A DNA stretch of 50,186 nucleotides from Silvimonas sp. (GCA_030151005.1 JASLES010000114.1:1-50186); one strand, 5' to 3'. Shown: positions 1 to 9,595, numbered from the stretch's first letter. Made by a program: numbers and translations. Notes: generated by a model from the letters alone, not told the origin.

Positions 1-131
1 TGCGCCAGCGCGCTGTTCCATGCCACAAGCTGCGGTGTCGCCAAAGGTGTGGGCGGTACGTGCGCAAAAAAGCGCGACGGCAGGGTGGCAAAGCGGGGCG
101 AAAGGGGCGACTCGGCAAACGCGTAGGGCAC
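1..131 (-). CDS. selO: Protein adenylyltransferase SelO/YdiU family, N-terminal fragment (runs off the window start)
   Basis: Not in the ORF track. My translation of the reverse strand from GTG at 131 gives MPYAFAESPLSPRFATLPSRFFAHVPPTPLATPQLVAWNSALA, resembling the YdiU N-terminus (LP..F...V.PTPL..P.L..WN..LA). AGGA SD lies upstream. Confidence 0.75.
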   Translation of the reverse strand, partial: MPYAFAESPLSPRFATLPSRFFAHVPPTPLATPQLVAWNSALA

Positions 132-313
132 GGATTGATCCTGACCGGTGAAGTGTTGAATAGTTGAGTTATTCAATCGGGTATTCTACCCGAAATGGCC
201 AGGAAAATCCGGATGAGGCCAGATGATCCGCAGCAGGAGGCTGCCGTAGCCGGTGCTGACAGGGTAAACTCGCGGGCTGGCAAGCCGGTCAATTGGCAAG
301 AAGTGAGAACAGG

Positions 314-808
314 ATGAGTGAAAAAGTCCCCGTCACTGCGGCGATCCGCACCCTGCGGCAACACAAGGCTGTATATACCGAACACCTGTACGAGTACGAA
401 GAAAAAGGTGGCACGGCGGTGTCTGCGCGTGAACTGGGGGTGCCGGAGCACGCCGTGATCAAAACACTGATCATGGAAGACGAAGACAAGCAGCCGTTGA
501 TCATGCTCATGCATGGCGATTGCGAAGTCTCGACCAAGAATCTGGCCCGGCTATTGCACAAGAAAACCATCCGGCCCTGTGCGCCAGAGATTGCCAACAA
601 GCATTCTGGTTACATGGTGGGTGGCACGTCGCCCTTTGGCACGCGCAAGGCCATGCCGGTGTATATGGAGAGATCCATCACGGCGTTGGCGCAAATCTAT
701 ATCAATGGCGGCAAACGCGGGTTTCTGGTGGCCATTGCACCAGCCACGGTAGAGGCCATCCTCAAACCGACCCTGGTTGATGTGGCCATTGGCCACGATG
801 ACGCCTGA
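314..808 (+). CDS. ybaK: Cys-tRNA(Pro) deacylase YbaK
   Basis: VIKTL, GYMVGGTSPFG and INGGKRG motifs of the YbaK family. ATG at 314 preferred over TTG at 293. Confidence 0.92.
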   Translation: MSEKVPVTAAIRTLRQHKAVYTEHLYEYEEKGGTAVSARELGVPEHAVIKTLIMEDEDKQPLIMLMHGDCEVSTKNLARLLHKKTIRPCAPEIANKHSGYMVGGTSPFGTRKAMPVYMERSITALAQIYINGGKRGFLVAIAPATVEAILKPTLVDVAIGHDDA

Positions 809-835
809 CCATATCGAACACACGGAGCAACACTG

Positions 836-1390
836 ATGGGCAACCGCTTGAGCAAAATCACCACGCGTACGGGAGATGACGGCACGACCGGTCTGGGCGA
901 CGGCTCACGCGTGAGCAAGGATGATCTGCGCATTCACGCGCTGGGCGAGGTCGATGAACTGAACTCGCAACTGGGCGTGTTGCTGTGTGAAACCCTGCCA
1001 GAGGCGGTCCGTGATTGCCTGATCCGGGTGCAGCATGATTTGTTCGATCTGGGCGGCGAGTTGTGTATCCCCGGGCACACCGCCATGACCCAGGCGCAGT
1101 TGTTGCGTCTTGATGAGGCGCTGGCAGACTTCAACGCCGAACTGCCGCCGCTCAAAGAATTCATTCTGCCTGGTGGTACCCGTGCGGCCGCTTTGTTGCA
1201 TGTGGGCCGCTGTGTTGCACGCCGGGCAGAGCGCAGCCTGATTGCGCTGCGCCGGGAACAAACAGTCGCCGACGCCGCAGTGCAGTACCTTAACCGGCTT
1301 TCGGACCTGCTGTTTGTGCTGGCGCGCGTAGCCAACCGGGCGCAGGGCGAGGGTGACGTGTTGTGGCAGCCTGGCCTGAATGCCCATTGA
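836..1390 (+). CDS. PduO-type ATP:cob(I)alamin adenosyltransferase
   Basis: KITTRTGDDGTTGL, GEVDELNS, RCVARRAER and YLNRLSDLLFVLAR motifs; GGAG SD. Confidence 0.93.
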   Translation: MGNRLSKITTRTGDDGTTGLGDGSRVSKDDLRIHALGEVDELNSQLGVLLCETLPEAVRDCLIRVQHDLFDLGGELCIPGHTAMTQAQLLRLDEALADFNAELPPLKEFILPGGTRAAALLHVGRCVARRAERSLIALRREQTVADAAVQYLNRLSDLLFVLARVANRAQGEGDVLWQPGLNAH

Positions 1391-1455
1391 TCCAGCCTTG
1401 AGCCGGGCCATTGCATTTTCAATCCAATCCATCTTCTGTTATTGCCAATACATGA

Positions 1456-3210
1456 ATGCGTAGCCTGAATCTATCTTCTTCCTCCCGTGCAAGTAGCGAA
1501 CTACCACACCGCCTGCCCGCCATTTCCGGCTGGTTGTTGTTGATCCTGTTGCTGGTCTGGCTATTGCCCGGGCTAGTTGGCCATGAGCCGTGGAAGCCAG
1601 ACGAGGCTTATACCTTCGGGTTGGTCGAGCACGTTGCCAGAACCGGTGACTGGGTGGTGCCCACGCTGGCTGGTGAGCCCTTCATGGAAAAGCCGCCGAT
1701 TTTCTTTATCAGTGCGGCCTGGTTTTTACATGCGTTTGGCGACATCTTGTCGCCGCCCGATGCCGCGCGCCTTACCGCGGGTTTCTGGTTACTGCTGACC
1801 ATGTTGGGTTCCGCACTGGCGGCGCGCCGTATCTATGGCAATGGCGCTGGCCGTTGGGCAGTGTTGTTACTGCTGGGGTGTCTTGGTTTGCCCCTGCGCG
1901 GCCACCAATTGGTGACCGATCTCGCCCTGTTTGCCGGGGTAGCCTGGGGGATATGCGGGATGACCTGGGCACCGGTGCGACCGGTAGCGGGTGGCCTTGC
2001 GCTCGGGCTGGGTGGGGCGGTGGCTTTTCTGGCCAAGGGTTTGCTCGGGCCTGGCTGCCTGGGGCTAACCGCCATGCTGTTGCCCCTGTTGGCGCCGGGT
2101 TATCGCAACGCGCGCTATGGCGTGGCGTTTGTGATCGCTCTGGTCGTGGGTTTGCCGTTACCGGCACTGTGGATGAGCCAACTTTATGCCCGTGACCCGG
2201 CGCTGTTTGGTCTGTGGCTGGCGACCAACAACTTTGGCCGCTTCAATGGCACAGCGCATCTTGGGCCGACGGCGACCCGGTTCTTCTATCTGAAAACTCT
2301 GCCGTGGTATGCCTTTCCCGCATTGCCACTGGCGCTCTGGGGCTTTTGGCGCGCCTGGCGTGGCAGGGTTCAGTTGTCGGCTGCCATCGCACCAGCCTTG
2401 CTGTTTTTTATCATCAATTTGTCGGTCTTGATCCTGGCTTCTGACGCCCGCGAACTCTACGCCATGCCCTTACTGGCACCGCTGGTCTTGCTCGGGCTGG
2501 CCGGCTTGACCATGCATCGGGAACAGTCTCGTGGCTGGAGCGCCGTTTCCGTACTGGTGGCGTTGCTGGCTGTGGTGTTGCTGGTGGCAGGCGTAGTCTG
2601 TGGTTATGCCTTGGCGACAGGGACCCCGCCCGCTGTAGAGGCCTTGCTGACCCGTCGCACTTTTGCCGGCTGGACGCCTGCCTGGCACCCAGCGGCATGG
2701 GTGGCTTGTGTCATGGTCGTCGTGGTGGTGATGTTGTTGTGGCGGCGCGTCGAGCGTAATTCGCCAGCCGGGTTTGTCTGGCGCTGGACTTTGCTGATCA
2801 CGCTGACCTGGGGAACGATTGCCACCTTGTGGCTGCCAGCTCTGGATTTCGGCATGCGGTATCGCGAGGTATTTGTTGCGCTCAAGCCGGCACTGGATAA
2901 ACCCGTGGCACAGAACGCATGTGTGGCGAGTGTGTGGTTGGGTGAACCGCAACGTGCGTTGCTGGATTACTACGATGGCATGCGTACACAGCGCCTGGAA
3001 ACCATGCCGGACGCCTGGTCTTGTCAGTGGCTGCTGGTGCAAAGCCGCTCCGGTCAGCTACCCGCCATGGTGAACGGTGTTGAGCCCGTTGCAGTGACCA
3101 GCCGGCCGGGTGACAACACTGAGCGTTATATGCTGTATCACTTTGATCAGCCGGTTCGTCAGCTGTGGCCGGCATCTGATCCCTTGCCAGGCAGGAATCA
3201 GGCAAAGTAG
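1456..3210 (+). CDS. ArnT/GT83-like integral membrane glycosyltransferase (second paralog)
   Basis: WKPDEAY, DWVVPTL and FMEKPP motifs, KG in a loop, many transmembrane segments. The exact start is uncertain. Confidence 0.85.
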   Translation: MRSLNLSSSSRASSELPHRLPAISGWLLLILLLVWLLPGLVGHEPWKPDEAYTFGLVEHVARTGDWVVPTLAGEPFMEKPPIFFISAAWFLHAFGDILSPPDAARLTAGFWLLLTMLGSALAARRIYGNGAGRWAVLLLLGCLGLPLRGHQLVTDLALFAGVAWGICGMTWAPVRPVAGGLALGLGGAVAFLAKGLLGPGCLGLTAMLLPLLAPGYRNARYGVAFVIALVVGLPLPALWMSQLYARDPALFGLWLATNNFGRFNGTAHLGPTATRFFYLKTLPWYAFPALPLALWGFWRAWRGRVQLSAAIAPALLFFIINLSVLILASDARELYAMPLLAPLVLLGLAGLTMHREQSRGWSAVSVLVALLAVVLLVAGVVCGYALATGTPPAVEALLTRRTFAGWTPAWHPAAWVACVMVVVVVMLLWRRVERNSPAGFVWRWTLLITLTWGTIATLWLPALDFGMRYREVFVALKPALDKPVAQNACVASVWLGEPQRALLDYYDGMRTQRLETMPDAWSCQWLLVQSRSGQLPAMVNGVEPVAVTSRPGDNTERYMLYHFDQPVRQLWPASDPLPGRNQAK

Positions 3211-3220
3211 ACGGATACCA

Positions 3221-3260
3221 GCAATAAAAAACGGGAGGCATGCCTCCCGTTTTTTATTGC
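3221..3260. terminator. Bidirectional rho-independent terminator (perfect 40-bp palindrome)
   Basis: GCAATAAAAAACGGGAGGCA|TGCCTCCCGTTTTTTATTGC between convergent genes, with A6 and T6 tracts. Confidence 0.88.
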
Positions 3261-3306
3261 GCCACGCAGCAAGGTTGCCGGTGGCGCGCCACCGGCAGAC
3301 AGATGC

Positions 3307-4350
3307 TTAGTCCACCAGTTCGCGGGCTGCGCCCACCTGGTCCTTGTACGCATCAAAAATACCCTTGAGTGCATCGGCCATGCTGGTGGTCGGTGCCCAG
3401 TTCAGATCGGTTTTGGTGTTGTCGATCTTGGGGACGCGGTTTTGCACGTCCTGGTAACCCTTGCCGTAGTACTCGCCGGAAGTGGTTTCCACCACTTGCA
3501 CCTTGGCCACGCCGTCGGCGTATTCCGGGTACTTTTTCGCCAGTTCGATCATCATCGAAGCCAGATCACGGATGGAGTAATTGTTGACCGGGTTGCCGAT
3601 GTTGTAGATCTGGCCCGACGCCTTGCCATCCTTGTTTTCGATGATCTTCATCAGCGCATCAATGCCGTCATCAATGTACGTGAAGGCACGCTTTTGATGG
3701 CCGCCATCGACCAGCTTGATGGTTTCGCCACGGGCAATGTGACCCAGGAACTGGGTGATCACGCGGCTGGAGCCTTCCTTCGGGGTATGGATGTTGTCCA
3801 GACCCGCACCAATCCAGTTGAACGGACGGAACAGCGTGTAGTTCAGACCTTGTTCCATGCCGTAGGCGTGGATCACGCGGTCCATCAGCTGCTTGGAGCA
3901 AGAGTAGATCCAGCGCGGCTTGTTGATCGGGCCGCAGATCAGTTCGGAGTTTTCCGGGTCGAATTCGTCGTCATGACACATGCCATAGACTTCGGAGGTG
4001 GACGGGAAGACCAGATGCTTCTTGTATTGCAGCGCCTGGCGCACGATCGGCAGGTTGGCTTCAAAGTCCAGCTCAAACACGCGCAGCGGGTTGTTCACGT
4101 AGGTGGACGGAGTCGCAATGGCCACCAGCGGCAGCACCACATCACACTTCTTCACGTGGTACTCAATCCATTCCTTGTTGATGGTGATGTCACCTTCAAA
4201 GAAGTGGAAGCGCTTGTGATCCAGGAATTCACTGATCTTGTCAGTGAACATATCCATACCGAACACTTCCCAGTCGGTAGTTTCCAGAATGCGCTTGGTC
4301 AGGTGGTGGCCGATAAAACCGTTCACGCCCAGAATCAGCACTTTTTTCAT
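3307..4350 (-). CDS. arnA: UDP-glucuronate oxidase/decarboxylase (stand-alone ArnA C-terminal domain)
   Basis: GVNGFIG, FPSTSEVYG, RWIYSCSKQL, FRPFNWIG and GYQDVQNR motifs; arn operon context. Confidence 0.92.
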   Translation of the reverse strand: MKKVLILGVNGFIGHHLTKRILETTDWEVFGMDMFTDKISEFLDHKRFHFFEGDITINKEWIEYHVKKCDVVLPLVAIATPSTYVNNPLRVFELDFEANLPIVRQALQYKKHLVFPSTSEVYGMCHDDEFDPENSELICGPINKPRWIYSCSKQLMDRVIHAYGMEQGLNYTLFRPFNWIGAGLDNIHTPKEGSSRVITQFLGHIARGETIKLVDGGHQKRAFTYIDDGIDALMKIIENKDGKASGQIYNIGNPVNNYSIRDLASMMIELAKKYPEYADGVAKVQVVETTSGEYYGKGYQDVQNRVPKIDNTKTDLNWAPTTSMADALKGIFDAYKDQVGAARELVD

Positions 4351-4436
4351 CTTCTTTGTCCTTCTCAGGTGAAACCAGCAAATTAATCAATCAATTGAAA
4401 ATCAGGGTCGACAAGTCAGAGCGTCGACCGTTCGCT

Positions 4437-5354
4437 TCAAACCAGCGGCAAGATCCCGCCAGCAAAGCTGGTCAGGGTGTCTGCCGTGAGGGTCTGGCCG
4501 GCGAGTTCGGCGTCAAATATGCGCAGCACACTACCATCGGCACTACGTGCAAACAGTCTGCCTGCTTCACTAAACAGGGCCACCGGGCCGGGAGTGCCGC
4601 TGGCGGCAGCAACACGGGTGCGCCACAAGATCAAACGACCTTGCGGCGTGTCGGTAAACGCACCTGGGTACGGATGGGTCACGGCGCGGACCAGATTATG
4701 AACCTGCGTGGCCGACTGTTGCCAGTCTATCCGCCCGTCTTCCGCCTTGCGGCCACCAAAATAGCCGCCCTGGCTGAGGTCTTGCTGCGTGAAAACAGCC
4801 GTGCCATCCAGTAAACCTGCCAAGGCGTTATAAAGGCACTGTTCAGCCGCGACCGTCACTTTGACAAACACTTCTTCAGCCGTGTCGTCTGGCAGGATGG
4901 GCACGGCTTGCTGGGCGACCAGCGGGCCATTATCCGGTTTGACGTTCATGACATGCAACGTGGCGCCAGCTTCGGTCTCGCCCTTGATGATGGCCCAGTT
5001 TACCGGCACGCGACCGCGATACTTGGGCAAGAGCGAGCCGTGCATATTGAATGCACCGCGCTTTACGGACTCCAGCAGCGGGGCTTTGAGCATGTTGCGG
5101 TAGTAGAAACTGAACAAGAAGTCGGCATTAAGCGCGGCGACCTGTTGTTCTACTTCCGGCGTGTTGGGGTTCTCTGGCGTGATGAACGGGATGTCGTAAT
5201 CCCGGCAGACCTGTGCCACTGAACCGAACCAGATGTTCTCGTTGGGGTTGTCTTCATGCGTGACAACCAGCGCGACATCCACACCGCGCGCCAGCAGCAC
5301 CTTCAGACACCGTACGCCGACATTGTGGTAGGCAAAAACAACGGCGCGGCTCAT
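4437..5354 (-). CDS. UDP-L-Ara4N formyltransferase (stand-alone ArnA N-terminal domain)
   Basis: AVVFAYH, FSFYYR and NMHGSLLPKYRGRVPVNWAI formyltransferase motifs; overlaps the arnC stop. Confidence 0.92.
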   Translation of the reverse strand: MSRAVVFAYHNVGVRCLKVLLARGVDVALVVTHEDNPNENIWFGSVAQVCRDYDIPFITPENPNTPEVEQQVAALNADFLFSFYYRNMLKAPLLESVKRGAFNMHGSLLPKYRGRVPVNWAIIKGETEAGATLHVMNVKPDNGPLVAQQAVPILPDDTAEEVFVKVTVAAEQCLYNALAGLLDGTAVFTQQDLSQGGYFGGRKAEDGRIDWQQSATQVHNLVRAVTHPYPGAFTDTPQGRLILWRTRVAAASGTPGPVALFSEAGRLFARSADGSVLRIFDAELAGQTLTADTLTSFAGGILPLV

Positions 5355-6295
5355 ACCTCGTCCTTCTTTTCCAGAATGGCGCTGATCAGGTAGCGCGGCC
5401 GCTGGCGAACTTCGTGGTAAATCCGGCCGATGTACTCACCCAGAATGCCGATGCCAAACAGTGTGATCCCGATCAGGAAGAAGGCGATGGCAAACAGCGT
5501 GAACAGACCGCCGACTTCCGGCCCGACAAAAATACGGCGGGCAATCAGCACCAGCACCAGCAGCGCGGAGAAGAAAGAAATCACCATGCCCAGCATGGAG
5601 AACGCTTGCAGCGGAACGATAGAGAACCCGGTCATCAGGTCAAAATTCAACCGGATCAGGCTGTAGAGCGAATACTTGGATTCACCTGCATGACGCTCTT
5701 CATGGCCGACAATCACTTCAGTCGGGTTTTGCGAGAACGAATATGCCAGTGCCGGAATGAACGTATGCATTTCTGCGCACTGGTTGATCAGGTCGATGAT
5801 GCGGCGATCATAGGCGCGCAGCATGCAGCCCTGATCGGTCATCTTGATCTTGGTGAGCTTCTCGCGCAGGTGATTCATGGCGCGGCTGGCGACGTGCCGC
5901 CAGACCGAGTCATTGCGTTGACGGCGGATCGAGCCCACATAGTCGTGGCCTTTATCCATTTCTGTCAGCAGGGTGCCCACGTCTTCTGGCGGATTTTGCA
6001 GATCGGCATCCATGGTCACAATGCGCAGGCCACGGGCGTTTTCAAAGCCGGCCAGAATGGCGCGATGCTGGCCAAAGTTGCCGTTAAGCAAGATCACGCG
6101 CGTCACATCCGGGCGCTTTTCGTACTGGGCCGCCAGCATGCCGGCAGAGCGATCACGACTGCCGTCGTTAACAAACAGGATTTCGTAACTTTTGCCCAGC
6201 GCGTCCAGCGCCGGGTAGAGCCGGTCGAACAAGGCTTGCAAGCCTGCTTCTTCGTTGTAAACGGGGATAACGACCGTGACTTCAGGTTGGCTCAT
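5351..6295 (-). CDS. arnC: Undecaprenyl-phosphate Ara4FN transferase (GT2)
   Basis: VIPVYNEE, NDGSRD, NFGQH, MDADLQNPP, two C-terminal TM helices and GEYIGRIY. Confidence 0.9.
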   Translation of the reverse strand: MSQPEVTVVIPVYNEEAGLQALFDRLYPALDALGKSYEILFVNDGSRDRSAGMLAAQYEKRPDVTRVILLNGNFGQHRAILAGFENARGLRIVTMDADLQNPPEDVGTLLTEMDKGHDYVGSIRRQRNDSVWRHVASRAMNHLREKLTKIKMTDQGCMLRAYDRRIIDLINQCAEMHTFIPALAYSFSQNPTEVIVGHEERHAGESKYSLYSLIRLNFDLMTGFSIVPLQAFSMLGMVISFFSALLVLVLIARRIFVGPEVGGLFTLFAIAFFLIGITLFGIGILGEYIGRIYHEVRQRPRYLISAILEKKDEV

Positions 6296-6420
6296 AAGGG
6301 TTTGGCTATCGTTGTATGTGAAAGAGGCCGGGCAACGCCCGGCCTGATTCCGGTTAATTGTATTGTTGTTATGTCGCAGTCACGGCGGTTTTGCACTGCC
6401 CGCCCGATATCCGCAGGGGC

Positions 6421-7548
6421 TTAGCGGTTCAGTACCGGCTTGAGCACGGTAGTCAGCGCGGCACACACGCGGTCCACATCCTCGTCTTTCATGCCCGGGA
6501 ACAATGGCAAGCTGACGGTGGCGGCACCCACGTGCTCGGCGTGCGGATACATGCCTTCTTTGTAGCCGCGTTCGCGGTACAGGGTAAACAGATGCAGGGC
6601 AGGGTAATGAATACCCACGCCAATGCCCTGGTCTTTCATGCGATCAATGAACTCACCACGGCTGATGCTCATGTTCTTCAGTGGCAGCAGCGGCTGGAAC
6701 ATGTGCCAGTTGCTGTCGTCAGATTCCGGCGGCAGCTCCAGCCCCAGGTCGCGATCAATCAGCTTGAAATAGCGTTTGGCCAGTTCGGCACGGCGCGCGT
6801 TGAATTCATCCAGACGCTTCAATTGGCCCAGACCAACTGCGGCGGAGACATCCGTGAGGTTGTACTTGCCGCCAGGCAGATCGCAATCCATGGTGCCGTC
6901 CGGGAATCGCGTTACGCCTTGCAGACGCCATTTCACGAACTCACGCACTTCTTCATCCGTATTCATGACCAAGGCGCCGCCTTCGGTAGTGGTCATGTTC
7001 TTGTTCGGATGGAAAGAGACCGAACACAAGTCGCCAAAGCTGCCGACCCGCTGGCCGCCCCAAGTGGCGCCTTGCGACTGCGCCGCATCTTCCAGAACAC
7101 GCAGATTGTACTTTTTGGCGATCGCATACAGGCGATCGCGATCGACCGGCAAGCCCGCCAGATCCACTGGCAGGATGGCCTTGGTGCGTGGCGTAATCGC
7201 GGCCTCGACCTTGTCCAGATCAATATTGCGCGTACGCGGATCAATATCGACCAGCACCGGCATGGCGCCCGCGTTGATGATGATGTTGGTTGTCGCCACC
7301 CACGTCATCGGCGTGGTGATCACCTCATCGCCAGCGCCGATCTTCATGAGTTTGAGGGCGATTTCCATGGCGCCGGTGGCCGAATTAACCACACGCACCG
7401 GCCGCCCGCCGAAATAAGCCGACAGCCCGGCTTCCAGCGCCTGTACTTTGGGGCCGCTGGTAATCCAGCCGCTGCGCAGCACGTTGGCTACGTCGGCAAT
7501 GGTTTCTTCGTCGATGGTAGGGCGGGTAAACGGCAGAAAATCAGTCAT
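6421..7548 (-). CDS. arnB: UDP-4-keto-arabinose aminotransferase (DegT/DnrJ family)
   Basis: FLPFTRP, SGWITSGP, EDAAQ and SFHPNKNMTTTEGG (PLP lysine). Confidence 0.9.
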   Translation of the reverse strand: MTDFLPFTRPTIDEETIADVANVLRSGWITSGPKVQALEAGLSAYFGGRPVRVVNSATGAMEIALKLMKIGAGDEVITTPMTWVATTNIIINAGAMPVLVDIDPRTRNIDLDKVEAAITPRTKAILPVDLAGLPVDRDRLYAIAKKYNLRVLEDAAQSQGATWGGQRVGSFGDLCSVSFHPNKNMTTTEGGALVMNTDEEVREFVKWRLQGVTRFPDGTMDCDLPGGKYNLTDVSAAVGLGQLKRLDEFNARRAELAKRYFKLIDRDLGLELPPESDDSNWHMFQPLLPLKNMSISRGEFIDRMKDQGIGVGIHYPALHLFTLYRERGYKEGMYPHAEHVGAATVSLPLFPGMKDEDVDRVCAALTTVLKPVLNR

Positions 7549-7556
7549 GGATAAAC

Positions 7557-7928
7557 TTAACTCCGGGCAATCAGGTAAACGCCAACAATGATGATGCCAA
7601 TACCAGCGACGCGCTGGGTAGAGAGCGCCTCGCCAAATAACTGCCAGGCAAGGATCGCGTTGACAACATAACCAATAGACAACATCGGGTAGGCCACACT
7701 GACCTCAACCCGGGAGAGCGCCATGATCCATACCACCACGCTGATGACGTAGCAGGACAATCCCGTGATGATGTAGGGGTTGGTCGCCAGTTGCCAGCCA
7801 ATCGGCAAGGCGTTGGCAGCAGAAAACTCAAAATGGCCGATATTGCGGACACCTGCTTTCAGGGCAAGTTGTGCGCCGGCATTGAGCAGCACGCCAATCA
7901 GGATCAGTACGAATTCTAGTGCTTTCAT
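7557..7928 (-). CDS. SMR/EamA-type undecaprenyl-P-Ara4N flippase (ArnE/ArnF-like, single gene)
   Basis: 123 aa, about 4 TM, NAGAQLALK and ALSRVEVSVAYPMLSIGY; overlaps the arnT stop. Confidence 0.85.
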   Translation of the reverse strand: MKALEFVLILIGVLLNAGAQLALKAGVRNIGHFEFSAANALPIGWQLATNPYIITGLSCYVISVVVWIMALSRVEVSVAYPMLSIGYVVNAILAWQLFGEALSTQRVAGIGIIIVGVYLIARS

Positions 7929-9568
7929 GGTCGGGTAATCACAAGGCGACGCGGGTCGCTGGTCAAAATGGTCATAGAGAGGCCCAGTTTTTGCAGCTTC
8001 TCATACGTGGTTTGGGTCACAACGGCCATGGGCGCCTGGTCGGTTTGCCAGCGGCGGGCAAACTCATCCATATGCATGAGTTTGTCTGGCTCGGCTTTCT
8101 GGCCGGTTTCAAATTCATCTACATAATCCACAAATTGCAGCGTGCGCTTGAGATAGAACGGCAGGCTTTGATCGTAGTATTCCACGGCATACAGCGTGGT
8201 GCTCGGCGTGATATGCGGCTTCATCGCCTGCACGAGGTAATAGCTGGAGTTGGTGACCGCAAACGATTCATGCCCAAGCATGGGAATCTGAAAGCCAATC
8301 ACGCTGCCAATCACCGTGGCCGCAATGGCCGCGCATTTCTGGTTGCGGCTGGCCAGAAGCCAGGTTGCGACGCCGGTCACCAGCAATACCACGCCGGCGG
8401 CCACCAGCCACAGCGAATAGATGTGGTTGACTTCTTGCGGGGTGCGCACGCTGCCGGTTTGCCCGAAGAAATACGCGCCAATGATTACCGCCAGACCCAG
8501 CAATGCCACCCAACTCAGGTGCCAGCGCACTGCGCGCGCGGAGAGTTTGTCCAGCACTTGTGCGGCCAGCATGGCCAGTGCCGGGAAAATCGGCAGGATA
8601 TAAGACGGCAGCTTGGAATCGGACTTGGAGAAAAAGGCGAAAATGAACACCGCCCAGATCAGCAAGAAACGGTTGGCCTGAAACCGTTGGGTTTCATCCT
8701 TTTGCCAGCCCAGCTTGAGGGCCTGTGGCAGCAGTGACGTCCACGGCAGCATGCCGGCAATCAGGATGGGAATGAAATACCAGACCGGCCCGAGGCGATG
8801 ATGTTCTGTGGTGGTGAAGCGCTGGAAGTGCTCGTGCACAAAGAAGAACCACAAGAACTCCGGATTGGCACGGGACACAAACCAGAACCAGGGCGCGGTG
8901 ATCACCAGCATGACCAGCAAACCCTTGCCGATATGCAAACGCAGCCACAAACGGACATCGCGCTGGATGAGGGAATACAGCAGCAGCACCGCTCCGGGCA
9001 GCACAATGCCAATCAGCCCTTTAGACAGAATAGCCAGGCCCATGGCCGCCCAGCAGGCCACCATCCAGTTGCGGTTTTCGTCCTCAGAAGCGCCTTTACG
9101 CTGCGCCAGCATGAACGCACCCATGCCCAGCGACATGAAAAAGCTCACGCCCATATCCAGCGTCAGGAAGTGGCCATTAGCCATCCACCACACACAGCTT
9201 GCCAGGATGGCCCCGGCGAGCCATGCCACACGCTCACCCCAGAAACGGCGGGAAACAAAAAAGGCAAACAGCACGCCCAGAAAGCCGGTCAGACCAGGCC
9301 AGAGGCGCGCGGCGAATTCATTTTCGCCCAGGAGCTTGAAGCTGGCCGCAGTACCCCAGTATTGCAGGGCCGGCTTTTCAAAGTATTTGATGCCGTTGAG
9401 GCGGGGCGTGACCCAGTCGCCAGAGACCGCCATCTCGCGGCCGATTTCGGCGTAGCGGCCTTCATCTGGCGTGATGACCTTGCGGTAGCCCAGTGTGCCG
9501 AACCACAGTACCGCAAACAGCACGACGATCAGAACCCGGAACCCGGGACGGGAAAAGAAGGCGTTCAT
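7925..9568 (-). CDS. arnT: Lipid A 4-amino-4-deoxy-L-arabinose transferase
   Basis: PDEGRYAEIGREM, YFEKP, SKG, HEHFQRF and SKLPSYILP motifs; first gene of the arn operon. Confidence 0.9.
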   Translation of the reverse strand: MNAFFSRPGFRVLIVVLFAVLWFGTLGYRKVITPDEGRYAEIGREMAVSGDWVTPRLNGIKYFEKPALQYWGTAASFKLLGENEFAARLWPGLTGFLGVLFAFFVSRRFWGERVAWLAGAILASCVWWMANGHFLTLDMGVSFFMSLGMGAFMLAQRKGASEDENRNWMVACWAAMGLAILSKGLIGIVLPGAVLLLYSLIQRDVRLWLRLHIGKGLLVMLVITAPWFWFVSRANPEFLWFFFVHEHFQRFTTTEHHRLGPVWYFIPILIAGMLPWTSLLPQALKLGWQKDETQRFQANRFLLIWAVFIFAFFSKSDSKLPSYILPIFPALAMLAAQVLDKLSARAVRWHLSWVALLGLAVIIGAYFFGQTGSVRTPQEVNHIYSLWLVAAGVVLLVTGVATWLLASRNQKCAAIAATVIGSVIGFQIPMLGHESFAVTNSSYYLVQAMKPHITPSTTLYAVEYYDQSLPFYLKRTLQFVDYVDEFETGQKAEPDKLMHMDEFARRWQTDQAPMAVVTQTTYEKLQKLGLSMTILTSDPRRLVITRP

Positions 9569-9595
9569 CGGACCACGCTAGTGTGAAAACGCGGC

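Noticed and set aside
3307..5354. ArnA split into two genes as a possible frameshift pseudogene
   Set aside because: Both halves are full-length with their own starts and an 86-nt spacer; split ArnA is normal in Betaproteobacteria.
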